A stretch of 64,000 nucleotides of DNA from Eubacteriales bacterium. Its GTDB lineage: Bacteria; Bacillota; Clostridia; Oscillospirales; CAG-272. The position numbers and the translations under genes were made by a program. Shown in pieces: positions 35,732 through 44,715 of the stretch. The notes beneath the pieces were generated by a model that had not been told where the DNA came from, ran no database searches, and saw only the letters and a program-made list of their open reading frames with translations. Location: positions 15 to 64,014 of the forward strand of contig JBGVKV010000071.1 of the NCBI GenBank assembly GCA_045123975.1, written 5' to 3'. Numbering within the stretch: the stretch's first letter is position 1; the number at the start of each line of letters is the position of its first letter.

Positions 35732-35959
35732 TTTGATTTGCAATATAAAACCCGCCGTGCCGTGTGAGCGAGAAGATAGGAACCCTGCTCTCGCAAGGTG
35801 GTGCCCTCTCTTTTGTTTTGTGCTCCCAACGTCCTCAAAACCGGTCAAAGGAGCGGCAGTGAGGGAGGTCTGCATCCCGCAAAATGAAGTCCGGGCTCCA
35901 AGTATCTGTTGTGGGTCCACGAAATCGCCCATCACCAACACCGCAGGCTGACAGCGAAT
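35732..35959 (-). ncRNA. candidate structured sRNA or long 3' UTR downstream of the DUF1292 gene (unclassified)
   Basis: A ~230-nt GC-rich segment with no convincing ORF lies between the DUF1292 stop (35960) and the terminator at 35698-35731. The 5' CCTGCGGTG... and 3' ...CACGGCACGGCGGG ends can pair. I could not assign a family. Confidence 0.25.
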
Positions 35960-36265
35960 TCAGTTGTCGTAATCGATGTCGGAGAACTGGTCGTCGAAGA
36001 AGTCGGCTACCTTGTCGAATTCCTCGTCGTCGTCGATGGAAACGAGAATATCCTCGTCGCCTTCGCTCTCCACGCGGAGAACCACGTACTCGTCGCTGAT
36101 CTGATTGCCTTCCTCATCCAGCTCCGTCAGTGCGTAGTAGGTATTGCCGTCGATCTCGGCTTCGCCAATCAGCTCGAACTGGCTCTCATTGCCCTCTTCG
36201 TCGGTCAGGGTGTAGTACTCGATCTCTTCCATTTCGGTTTCGGGGATCATCTTATCGTCTGCCAT
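35960..36265 (-). CDS. DUF1292 domain protein
   Basis: 101 aa, very acidic. YYTLTDEEGNESQFELIGEAEIDGNTYYAL is typical of DUF1292. GGAGG RBS. Confidence 0.8.
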   Translation of the reverse strand: MADDKMIPETEMEEIEYYTLTDEEGNESQFELIGEAEIDGNTYYALTELDEEGNQISDEYVVLRVESEGDEDILVSIDDDEEFDKVADFFDDQFSDIDYDN

Positions 36266-36323
36266 AATAGCCTCCGGTTATGTCATATATTTTTTATCAT
36301 TGTACACAATTTTGCTCGGTTTG

Positions 36324-36923
36324 TCAATAGGTAGGTGAATCCAGCCGCCAGCCGTCCGCCGTTTTGACGAGGGTCAGTTTCACGTTGACCGACGGTTCTC
36401 CGTTCACAGAAGTGGGGAAGGAAGCCACGATGCGGCTGCCGTTCTGATTCAGTATATCCATGGAATCCAGATCGTATACGCGGCCCATAGGCAGAGCCTC
36501 GTCGGCCAGATCGATCCGCACGGTGAGAATCTCGCTTTGCTCGATATACCGGGCGTACACCACGGTTTCATCGTCCCCGGTGCTCATTCCCTCGAAAGCA
36601 AGAATGAAAAGATGATCGCACATCGGCTGGGAGAACACGGCCAAGGTAGCCTCACGGATCTCGGCCTCAGACTGGAAGGGGGCGGATTTATCCACAGGCA
36701 TATAACTGAAACGGGAGATGGCACCGGCCAGGGCAGCCATCGTTTCGGGATCGTTGACGAAGGGGAGGCCGTCGCCGTAGTAGACGTCGTTGAGAACGTA
36801 GGATGCCTCGATCAGATCGGCGTAGATATCCCGGATCGCATCGTCACTCAATCCGCTGCCGCCGCAGGATGCCAGGGAAAAGAGCAGCACCGCGGTGAGA
36901 AGAAAGGATAGTATCCGTTTCAT
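36324..36923 (-). CDS. hypothetical lipoprotein
   Basis: MKRILSFLLTAVLLFSLASC lipobox; AGGAG RBS; 199 aa. Confidence 0.65.
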   Translation of the reverse strand: MKRILSFLLTAVLLFSLASCGGSGLSDDAIRDIYADLIEASYVLNDVYYGDGLPFVNDPETMAALAGAISRFSYMPVDKSAPFQSEAEIREATLAVFSQPMCDHLFILAFEGMSTGDDETVVYARYIEQSEILTVRIDLADEALPMGRVYDLDSMDILNQNGSRIVASFPTSVNGEPSVNVKLTLVKTADGWRLDSPTY

Positions 36924-36974
36924 AGTATATTCTCCTGATTACCTAAATATTATCATAAAACATTTTTTTCACTA

Positions 36975-37023
36975 GGGGGAGGGTAAGAACCATCTCAGAC
37001 GCCGAAGTTTCTTACCCTCCCCC
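36975..37023 (-). repeat. 15-bp-stem hairpin with conserved 19-nt loop (copy 1)
   Basis: GGGGGAGGGTAAGAA-CCATCTCAGACGCCGAAGT-TTCTTACCCTCCCCC. Lies 51 nt upstream of the lipoprotein ATG. The partner is at 42747-42795. Confidence 0.8.
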
Positions 37024-37042
37024 GTCCCAAGGGACTCCCCTA
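37023..37042 (-). repeat. GTAG-type REP variant
   Basis: The minus strand reads GTAGGGGAGTCCCTTGGGAC. Confidence 0.55.
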
Positions 37043-37160
37043 CCTAATCTCCTTGGCTCCCGCCAAAGTTAGAGGGGGTAATTTTTTATTCTTTTAAGGT
37101 TTTTGCGGAGCTTTTCGACTTCCCTTCCAGGGAATGTCGCATAAAGCGACCGTTTCCCTC

Positions 37161-39662
37161 TTACTCCTCGCCCTCGGGAATCTCGTCCGCATCCTCTTTC
37201 TGAGCGGCGAGAGCGAAGTTGCAGATCTTATCTCCCTCGCTGAGGCGCATCACAATTACGCCGCCGGCGGTTCTGCCGTAGGCGGGAATACCGGATACGG
37301 GCGTACGGATCACCGTACCGGAGGAGGTGATCATCATCACGTCATCCGTATCGGTCACCACGGCGATGCCCGTCAGATCACCGGTCTTGTCGGACAGGTT
37401 GTGACAGGTAACACCCATGATGGCACGTCCCTTAGGCTCAAAGGAGCGAGGATCCATCCGCTTACCGAAGCCGTTTTCCGTAATGGTCATCAGCTGATGG
37501 GCGTCGTTCCATTCCGCGTCGCGGTACAGCGTAGCGGCACCGACCACGTAGTCGTCGCCCGTCAGGCGAACGCCGATCACACCGCCGGCGGTACGGCCCA
37601 TCACGCGGACACGATCTTCCGCAAAGCGGGCGGCCTGGCCGTGGCGGGTCGCAATGATCACGTCGGAATCACCCTCGGTGCAGGCAACGAAGATCAATTC
37701 GTCTCCCTCGTCCAGAGTAAGCGCGATCTTACCTCCCTTACGGGTAGGACGGTACTCGGCAAGATTGGTACGCTTGATGATACCGCCCTTCGTTACCATG
37801 ATCAGATTCTTCTCTTCGCTGAAATCGTCGTCCACAGTGATCATGGCGGTGACGCATTCACCCGGCTCGAAGTCCAGAAGATTTACAATATTGGTACCCT
37901 TGGCGGTACGTCCCGCCTCGGGGATCAAATAAGACTTTCTCGCGTACACACGTCCCAGATTGGTGAACATGAGCAAGGTAGCGTGGCTGTGTACCACGGC
38001 GATCTTCTCGATGAAGTCGTCCTCCTTGGTGGTCATGCCGATGATGCCCTTGCCGCCGCGGTTCTGGGCGGTATAGGTATCGGCGGGCAGACGCTTAATA
38101 TAGCCGGCGCGGGTCAGAGTGACCACGCAGTCCTGTCTTTCGATCAGATCCTCGTACACGATATCGTCGGCGGCCTCTTCAATGCCGGTCAGACGGTCAT
38201 CGCCGTAGCGGTCGCGGATATCCGTCATCTCATCCTTGATGATCTGGGCGATCTTGCCCTCGTCAGCCAAAATGGCACGGAATTCCTCGATGCTCTTGTA
38301 GAGTTCCGCCAGGCGGGACTCGATCTTCTGCCGCTCCATACCGGACAGACGGCCGAGAGTCATAGCCACGATGGCGGCGGACTGCTCCTCGGAGAGGCCG
38401 AAGGCGTTCTGCAGATTGATCTTGGCGTCGCTTACGTCCGCGGAGGCACGGATAATACGGATCACCTCGTCGATGTTGTCCACGGCGATCTTGTATCCCT
38501 CGTAAATGTGGGCTTCACGGAGTGCCTTGTCCAGATCGAATTTTACGCGGCGGGTGATCACTTCCTTCTGGAAGTTGATATACTCCGTCAGCATCTGCTT
38601 CAGATTGAGGATCTTCGGCTCACCCCGTACCAGGGACAGCATATTGATGGCGCAGGTATCCTGCAGCTGGGTATACTTATAGAGCTGATTCAGAATCAAA
38701 GTTCCGTTGGCGTCGCGGCGGTATTCGATGACGATCTTCATGCCGTCACGGCCGGACTCGTCACGGATATCCGTGATACCCTCGATCCGCTTGTTCTTCA
38801 CCTGCTCGGCCATAGCCGCTACCAGCATGGATTTGTTCACCTGGTAGGGAATCTCGGTGATGATGATGCGGTGCTTTTCCTCCTGGATCTCCGCCTTGGC
38901 ACGAACCATCACGCGGCCGTGACCGGTCATATACGCCTCGTAAATGCCGGCGGTGCCGTGGATCGTAGCGGCGGTGGGGAAATCGGGACCCTTGATGTAC
39001 TGCATCAGATCGGGAATGGTGCAATCGGGATTCTCCATCAGATAGATGGTACCGTCGATCACCTCACGGAGATTGTGGGGTGGGATATTGGTAGCCATAC
39101 CGACGGCAATACCCACGGATCCGTTCACCAAAAGATTGGGGAAGCGGGAGGGGAGCACGGCCGGCTCGTCTCTCGTATTATCGAAGTTGCGGTTCCAGTT
39201 GACCACGTTCTTCTCGATATCCCGCATCATCTCGTCGGCCAGACGGGACATTCTCGCCTCGGTATAACGGTAAGCGGCGGCTCCGTCGCCGTCGATGTTA
39301 CCGAAGTTACCCTGACCTTCGATCAGGGTATAGCGGAGGGAGAAGGGCTGTGCCATACGGACCATGGTGCCGTACACGGCGGCGTCGCCGTGGGGATGGT
39401 ACCGACCCAGCACGTTACCGACGGTGGTCGCGGACTTACGGAAGCTGTTTTTATGGGTCAGATTATCCTCGTACATCGCGTAGAGGATACGGCGCTGACC
39501 GGGCTTCATACCGTCGCGCACGTCGGGCAGTGCACGGGACACGATAACGGACATGGAATACTCAATGAAGGACTTGCGTACCTCCTTTTCCATATCCACA
39601 TCTATAATTTTCTGCTCGGGAAACTCCAGAGGATGGGGGGTATTCGGATTGATCTTTTCCAA
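37161..39662 (-). CDS. gyrA: DNA gyrase subunit A
   Basis: TTG start at 39662 with an AAAGGAG RBS, 833 aa. SVIVSRALPDVRDGMKPGQRR and the active-site AAAYRYTEARM. Confidence 0.9.
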   Translation of the reverse strand: MEKINPNTPHPLEFPEQKIIDVDMEKEVRKSFIEYSMSVIVSRALPDVRDGMKPGQRRILYAMYEDNLTHKNSFRKSATTVGNVLGRYHPHGDAAVYGTMVRMAQPFSLRYTLIEGQGNFGNIDGDGAAAYRYTEARMSRLADEMMRDIEKNVVNWNRNFDNTRDEPAVLPSRFPNLLVNGSVGIAVGMATNIPPHNLREVIDGTIYLMENPDCTIPDLMQYIKGPDFPTAATIHGTAGIYEAYMTGHGRVMVRAKAEIQEEKHRIIITEIPYQVNKSMLVAAMAEQVKNKRIEGITDIRDESGRDGMKIVIEYRRDANGTLILNQLYKYTQLQDTCAINMLSLVRGEPKILNLKQMLTEYINFQKEVITRRVKFDLDKALREAHIYEGYKIAVDNIDEVIRIIRASADVSDAKINLQNAFGLSEEQSAAIVAMTLGRLSGMERQKIESRLAELYKSIEEFRAILADEGKIAQIIKDEMTDIRDRYGDDRLTGIEEAADDIVYEDLIERQDCVVTLTRAGYIKRLPADTYTAQNRGGKGIIGMTTKEDDFIEKIAVVHSHATLLMFTNLGRVYARKSYLIPEAGRTAKGTNIVNLLDFEPGECVTAMITVDDDFSEEKNLIMVTKGGIIKRTNLAEYRPTRKGGKIALTLDEGDELIFVACTEGDSDVIIATRHGQAARFAEDRVRVMGRTAGGVIGVRLTGDDYVVGAATLYRDAEWNDAHQLMTITENGFGKRMDPRSFEPKGRAIMGVTCHNLSDKTGDLTGIAVVTDTDDVMMITSSGTVIRTPVSGIPAYGRTAGGVIVMRLSEGDKICNFALAAQKEDADEIPEGEE

Positions 39663-39699
39663 AACGTTTCTCCTTTCGGGAAAATCGTGTTATGTATGA

Positions 39700-40698
39700 T
39701 TAGACAGCGGCGGTGAGCTCGGGATACCGTCCGCCTTCGGTGGCGATCTTCTTGGAAGCCACGCGGGCTGCGGCAGCGAGGGATTTTTTCTCATCCATAC
39801 CGCAATCGTATTTTGCGTAGAGGTAGGCAGCCAGGAAGGTATCTCCCGCTCCCTTGGGAGTCAGCACCCGTTCCACGGGAACGCTGGCCATGTGCTTGAT
39901 GTCGTGACCCTTCACCAGATAGGCACCGAGGGAACCGGCGGTGGCCAGTACCGTGGTCTCACAGTCGGTGGTCACGCTGATTTCCGATGCGGCAACGCCG
40001 ATCTGATCTCTGAGGATCCGTCTCTCGCTGAGCTGGGTCAATTCATCCAGATTGGGCTTGATGTAGTCGGGATGTGCCGCCAAAGCGTAACGGAGAGCAT
40101 CGCCGTCGCAGTCGCAGACGGTGAGAGCACCCCTCTCCCGACAGTAACGGATCAGTGCCGCATAGGTATTCTGGGGCATATCCGGAGGAATGGATCCGGC
40201 AAAAATGACGGTGGTAGGCTCTTCCCCGTTCTGATCCAGCAGCTTTTTGAGGAGGATGTTCACTTTTTTGAGGATCTCGGCGGTTTCCTCCGCGGGACGG
40301 ATGCCCGCGTTCTTACCGGACAGGAAATCCTTATCCAGTGTCGCTTCCTCACCCTGTACGGGAGGATTGTTGATCTCGCACTGCTTTCCGCTGAAGGTGT
40401 AATCCGGGGACATAATGGAAATATTCACCCGGGTATCGGCGGTGGAGGAGATGGCGCGGACACTTACGCCCTCGCTCATCAGCATACTCTTCACCTTTGC
40501 CCCGGTAAATCCGCCTAAAATGCAGATGGCGTCACTGTCACAGCCCAGTGCACGCAAGGTACGGGATACGTTGATCCCTTTTCCTCCGGGGGAAAATGAT
40601 GCTCCCACAGAACGGTTCAACCCCTCTGTGGCGAGAGGACCGGACAGAGCAATATTCATATCCAGTGCAGGATTCAACGTAACGGTAATGTATTTCAT
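39700..40698 (-). CDS. PfkB-family sugar kinase (1-phosphofructokinase/tagatose-6-P kinase-like)
   Basis: MKYITVTLNPALD, GGKGINVSR and a C-terminal GAGDTF; 332 aa. Confidence 0.75.
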   Translation of the reverse strand: MKYITVTLNPALDMNIALSGPLATEGLNRSVGASFSPGGKGINVSRTLRALGCDSDAICILGGFTGAKVKSMLMSEGVSVRAISSTADTRVNISIMSPDYTFSGKQCEINNPPVQGEEATLDKDFLSGKNAGIRPAEETAEILKKVNILLKKLLDQNGEEPTTVIFAGSIPPDMPQNTYAALIRYCRERGALTVCDCDGDALRYALAAHPDYIKPNLDELTQLSERRILRDQIGVAASEISVTTDCETTVLATAGSLGAYLVKGHDIKHMASVPVERVLTPKGAGDTFLAAYLYAKYDCGMDEKKSLAAAARVASKKIATEGGRYPELTAAV

Positions 40699-40730
40699 AA
40701 CTGCGTGCCTTTCCTATTCAGGGAGCGGAC

Positions 40731-42698
40731 TTATACGTCCAGATACTCCGCATATTTTGCGTTTTTAGCAATAAATTCGCGGCGGGGCTCTACTTTATCT
40801 CCCATCAGCAGGGAGAAAATTTCATCACAGGATGACGCATCTTCAATCGTTACAAGCTTCAAAGTGCGGGTTGTGGGGTCCATAGTGGTCTCCCACAGCT
40901 GATCCGCATTCATTTCACCAAGACCTTTATAGCGGTCGGTTTCCACGTTGACCCCGCCCAGTTCTTCGATGTACTTGTTCTTTTCCGCATCGTTGAAGGC
41001 GTACAGGATCTTCTTGGAATTCTTTTTATAAACTTTATAAAGAGGGGGCATAGCCAGATATACGTGGCCCTGCTCAATGAGGGGCTTCATATGGCGGAAG
41101 AAGAAGGTGAGGAGCAAAACCTGAATATGGGAGCCGTCCACGTCCGCATCGCTCATGATGACGATCTTGCCGTAGCGAAGCTTGGCAATATCGAGTTCGT
41201 CACCAAGACCGCAGCCGAGAGCCTGAATGATCGGAATCAGGGATTCGGTGGAGTACACCTTATCCAGTCGTGCCTTTTCCACGTTCAGAACCTTACCGCG
41301 GAGGGGAAGGATCGCCTGGAAGCGGCTGTCGCGGCAGGATTTTGCGGTACCGCCTGCGGAATCTCCCTCTACCAGGTAGAGTTCCGTCAGATCCGCACGG
41401 CGCTCGTTGCAGTCCGCCAGCTTGCCGGGCAGAGTGAGGGAGGTGGAAAGCGCACTCTTTCTTTCTCTTTCTCTTGCCAGACGGGCTTTTTCCCGGGCCA
41501 CGTACGCAAGCACGGATTTATCCATGATCAACTTGGCGGTGGCGGGATTTTCCTCAAGGAATTCCTTCAGCTTGGCCGTTACCACCGTTTCCACGATGGT
41601 ACGGATCTCGGAGTTACCCAGCTTCGCCTTGGTCTGGGATTCAAACTGGGCGTCGGGCAGCTTTACGGAAACGACGGCGCAAAGACCCTCGCGCACGTCC
41701 TCACCGGAGAGATTCTTATCCTTTTCCTTGAGTGCGCCCTTCTTGCGGGCGTACTCGTTGATGACCTTCGTCAGCGCGGCTTTGAATCCGGTCTCGTGGG
41801 TACCGCCGTCGATGGTGGACATATTGTTGGCGAAGGTAACGATGTTCTCGTTATAGGAATCGTTATACTGCATTGCCACCTCAGCGGTGATGTCCCCCTT
41901 CTCCGCCTTCATGTAGATCACGTCGGGATGGATCGCATCGCAGCCCTTGGCCATGTTCATATGCTCCACGAAGGAACGGATACCGCCCTCGTAGCACAGA
42001 TCGTCCACACGGGGCACCATATTGCCATTCTCGTCTTCCACGAACTGACTGGGACGCTCATCCCGCATGGTAATGCGGACACCGGCGTTGAGGAACGCCT
42101 GCTCACGCATACGCTTGAGAAGGTAATCGTAATCGAATTCGATGGATTCACGGAAGATCTCACTGTCCGGCTTGAAGCGGACGTACAGACCGTGCTGTCC
42201 GTTTGAGTCGCCCTCGCAGGTGAAGGGACGGGTGATCTCACCACGTTCCATACGGAGGGTGTAAGCCTTGCCCTCATGGCAGTTGCGCACCTCCATCCAT
42301 TCGGACAGAGCGTTAACAACGGAGGCACCTACGCCGTGCAGACCGCCGGAGATCTTATATCCGCCGCCGCCGAACTTACCGCCGGCGTGGAGGATCATAA
42401 ATACGACCTCCAGAGTGGGGCGGTTCTCCTCCGCGTTGAAGCCGGAGGGAACGCCGCGGCCGTTATCCTGTACGGATACGCTGCCATCCTCGTGGATGGT
42501 CAGGGTGATAGTGTCGCACCGTCCGGCCATAGCCTCGTCGATGGAATTGTCCACGATTTCGTACACCAGGTGGTGCAGACCGCGGGTACTGGTAGTACCG
42601 ATATACATACCGGGACGTTTTCTTACTGCATCAAGACCCTTGAGCACCTGTATTTGCTCGTCTTCGTAATGATCCAGCATCTCATTCTGATTCTGCAT
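40731..42698 (-). CDS. gyrB: DNA gyrase subunit B
   Basis: ORF trimmed to the ATG at 42698, 655 aa. GLHHLVYEIVDNSIDEA, Toprim EGDSAGG, PLRGKVLNVE. Confidence 0.9.
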   Translation of the reverse strand: MQNQNEMLDHYEDEQIQVLKGLDAVRKRPGMYIGTTSTRGLHHLVYEIVDNSIDEAMAGRCDTITLTIHEDGSVSVQDNGRGVPSGFNAEENRPTLEVVFMILHAGGKFGGGGYKISGGLHGVGASVVNALSEWMEVRNCHEGKAYTLRMERGEITRPFTCEGDSNGQHGLYVRFKPDSEIFRESIEFDYDYLLKRMREQAFLNAGVRITMRDERPSQFVEDENGNMVPRVDDLCYEGGIRSFVEHMNMAKGCDAIHPDVIYMKAEKGDITAEVAMQYNDSYNENIVTFANNMSTIDGGTHETGFKAALTKVINEYARKKGALKEKDKNLSGEDVREGLCAVVSVKLPDAQFESQTKAKLGNSEIRTIVETVVTAKLKEFLEENPATAKLIMDKSVLAYVAREKARLARERERKSALSTSLTLPGKLADCNERRADLTELYLVEGDSAGGTAKSCRDSRFQAILPLRGKVLNVEKARLDKVYSTESLIPIIQALGCGLGDELDIAKLRYGKIVIMSDADVDGSHIQVLLLTFFFRHMKPLIEQGHVYLAMPPLYKVYKKNSKKILYAFNDAEKNKYIEELGGVNVETDRYKGLGEMNADQLWETTMDPTTRTLKLVTIEDASSCDEIFSLLMGDKVEPRREFIAKNAKYAEYLDV

Positions 42699-42746
42699 GA
42701 GATCTTCCCTTCTTTGTGTGATGTTCGTTAACAAAAGTTTTTTCTC

Positions 42747-42795
42747 TGCAGGAGGAGGAAACCATCTCAAACGCCGAAGTTTTCCTCCTCCTGCA
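42747..42795 (-). repeat. 15-bp-stem hairpin with conserved 19-nt loop (copy 2)
   Basis: TGCAGGAGGAGGAAA-CCATCTCAAACGCCGAAGT-TTTCCTCCTCCTGCA. Lies 48 nt upstream of the gyrB ATG. The loop is 18/19 identical to copy 1 while the stem is entirely different. Confidence 0.8.
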
Positions 42796-42850
42796 CCACC
42801 TCCATCCTTGGCTCTTGCATGAGAAATATGGAGGGTATAAAAATATTTTT

Positions 42851-42911
42851 TATAAAGTTTTTTGGGGTGCGGACCTTTTTTGGGGGAAAGGTCCGCATTT
42901 TCGTACTCCCC
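42851..42911 (+). repeat. dispersed repeat, module Y copy
   Basis: TTTTTTGGGGTGCGGACCTTTTTTGGGGGAAAGGTCCGCATTTTCGTACTCCCC. Confidence 0.8.
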
Positions 42912-42937
42912 ATCTATTCTCCCCAAAAATTACCGAT

Positions 42938-43222
42938 TTATATCAGGGATACAGAGGCGCGGCCGCCCAAAGCGGAGGTGGACAGATGGGATAAGATCAC
43001 CCGATGTCGTCCCACGCGGCGGGGCCGTTTCTTTTTCTTATTCGGCACGGATACGATAAAGCATTTGGGCAGATCCTCCCCCGCCAGCTCGGCGATGCGA
43101 TCCTTCTCCGCCCGGCGGAGAAAATCGGCGGTATCCGCCGTGGTGATCTTTCCGTCCAGATCGAAGATCCCCACGATATCCGCTCCCCGTACTACGGTGC
43201 CTGCTCCTGCGTGCAGAAACAT
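42938..43222 (-). CDS. DUF370 (RemB-like) protein
   Basis: 94 aa. The start lies 1 nt after the dnaN stop. The pattern G.VVRGADIVGIFDLD...RVILSHLS resembles DUF370, which occupies the recF-gyrB neighbourhood in Bacillus. Confidence 0.6.
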   Translation of the reverse strand: MFLHAGAGTVVRGADIVGIFDLDGKITTADTADFLRRAEKDRIAELAGEDLPKCFIVSVPNKKKKRPRRVGRHRVILSHLSTSALGGRASVSLI

Positions 43223-43223
43223 A

Positions 43224-44411
43224 TTACTTATTCATGCGGGTAGGCATGATGAAGTCAAGGAATACTTCCTTGAAATCGTCGTCCGCCTGTCTCTCACAGC
43301 CGGGAACGTAGGATCCGGTGCCGCTGCCGGCAGCCTCCTCCACGGTCATTCCCATGAGAGGATTGTTCAGACCCAGCCGCAGCTGGCTGACGGAGTCGGG
43401 CATATTGCGGAGTGCTTCCACCAGCAGACGGCAGTTGAAGCCGATGACCATATCGCCGCCGGTCTTTGCCACGGGGATCTCGTCGTAGAAGGATCCGCCG
43501 GAGGAAACGGAGGACATCTTCAGAATATTGCCCTCAAACTCCAGCTTGATGAACGGCTTGTAATTGCCGCCCAGCTTATCCTCGGTGACGAGAAGCGCAC
43601 GCTCCAGGGCACTGCGGAGAATATCCGCGCCCACGAATACTTCCGTCTCGTGGGTCTTGGGCAGCACTCTTGCATAATTGAAATACTCACCCTCGATCAG
43701 GCGGGTAAAGTAGGTGTATTCACCGATGCGGAAAATGATGTGCTTGCGAGCCAGGGTCACGGTGATATCGTCCTCCGTGTCCTTGATCATACGGAGCACC
43801 TCGTTGAGAAGACGTCCCGGCACGATCACAGCCGCCTCGGGATTGTCCTCACCGGGCAGATCCACGTGGGAAATAGCCACACGGGCACCGTCGCATCCCA
43901 CCACCAGCAGCTTATCGTTCTCAATCTTGAAGAAGGCACCGTTGAATACGGCACGCTGATCGTTTACGCCTACGGCGTAGATGGTGCGATTGATTACGTC
44001 CCGGAACATGTACTGAGGCATGGTATAATTCCGATCACCTGCCAGAAGGGGCAGCTGAGGGAAATTGTCGCCGGGCATAACGGCGATCTCAAAGGAGCTC
44101 TTTCCCTGGGAAATGGTGGCACGCCAGTTTTCGTCCACGGTGATCTCGATCTCACCCTCTCCCAGCGCGCGGATGATCTGCAGAAGATTCTGTGCCTTCA
44201 CGATCACCTTGCCGCCCTCGTGTACGGTGCAGGGGATGGTGGTAACCAGACCGGCCATATCGTAAGCAGTGATGCGGCAGGTGTTTTCCATCTCACCGGG
44301 ACATTCCAGAAGGATTCCCTCAATGGAGGAGGACGTATTCTTAATGGAAGCGATGCCGGCGGCAGGGATCGCCGCAGCGATCAGCGTATCGCGGTCAAAG
44401 GAAACTTTCAT
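43224..44411 (-). CDS. dnaN: DNA polymerase III subunit beta
   Basis: 395 aa. MKVSFDRDTLIAA..., three-domain clamp length, directly downstream of dnaA/oriC. Confidence 0.9.
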   Translation of the reverse strand: MKVSFDRDTLIAAAIPAAGIASIKNTSSSIEGILLECPGEMENTCRITAYDMAGLVTTIPCTVHEGGKVIVKAQNLLQIIRALGEGEIEITVDENWRATISQGKSSFEIAVMPGDNFPQLPLLAGDRNYTMPQYMFRDVINRTIYAVGVNDQRAVFNGAFFKIENDKLLVVGCDGARVAISHVDLPGEDNPEAAVIVPGRLLNEVLRMIKDTEDDITVTLARKHIIFRIGEYTYFTRLIEGEYFNYARVLPKTHETEVFVGADILRSALERALLVTEDKLGGNYKPFIKLEFEGNILKMSSVSSGGSFYDEIPVAKTGGDMVIGFNCRLLVEALRNMPDSVSQLRLGLNNPLMGMTVEEAAGSGTGSYVPGCERQADDDFKEVFLDFIMPTRMNK

Positions 44412-44427
44412 GATCTTGTCCTTTCGG

Positions 44428-44460
44428 TATAAATAAATAGATAAATATATTATATTATTC
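44428..44460. other. AT-rich DNA-unwinding element candidate
   Basis: TATAAATAAATAGATAAATATATTATATTATTC is nearly pure A/T in a ~60% GC genome. Confidence 0.6.
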
Positions 44461-44481
44461 AGCAGTAGCCGCAGTAGGGGG
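44460..44481 (+). promoter_or_regulatory. DnaA-trio-like tract + GC cluster
   Basis: CAG CAG TAG CCG CAG TAG then GGGGG, immediately followed by the box TGTGGAAAC. The middle A is conserved in 5 of 6 triplets. Confidence 0.35.
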
Positions 44482-44490
44482 TGTGGAAAC
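44482..44490 (-). promoter_or_regulatory. DnaA box (GTTTCCACA, 2 mismatches)
   Basis: The + strand reads TGTGGAAAC, adjacent to the trio-like tract. Confidence 0.5.
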
Positions 44491-44629
44491 GTTGGAAAAG
44501 TGGATTTTGTCCCATACTATCCGTCTGTTTCCTTGCGGTGCCGTTTTTGGAGTACTCTTATTTTGCTGTTTGCGGATTTTGGAAAAGTTGTCGCTTATCC
44601 CAGATTTTTGCCGTTTTCGTGTCGAAAAT

Positions 44630-44636
44630 GGGGAAC
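44630..44636 (+). promoter_or_regulatory. Spo0A-box-like heptamer TGTCGAA
   Basis: Exact match to the Bacillus 0A-box consensus, inside oriC. Confidence 0.3.
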
Positions 44637-44643
44637 GGGGATT

Positions 44644-44689
44644 TTTTCCACCGTTTTTCCACCGGGAAAAGTGGGGGAGTTTTTCCACA
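44644..44689 (+). promoter_or_regulatory. three direct DnaA boxes
   Basis: TTTTCCACC (44644-44652), TTTTCCACC (44655-44663), TTTTCCACA (44681-44689). Confidence 0.6.
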
Positions 44690-44715
44690 TGAGGGAAAAC
44701 AGGAAAGTGTCCCGT

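Noticed and set aside
35887-35900. The + strand 14-mer AAGTCCGGGCTCCA is identical to the conserved RNase P RNA core motif (GAAAGUCCGGGCUCCA).
   Set aside because: Nothing else of the RNase P RNA (the P4 partner, the ACAGAA / GGUAA regions, ~350-400 nt length) is present. A + strand RNA would also run antisense into the DUF1292 CDS. This is treated as a chance match.
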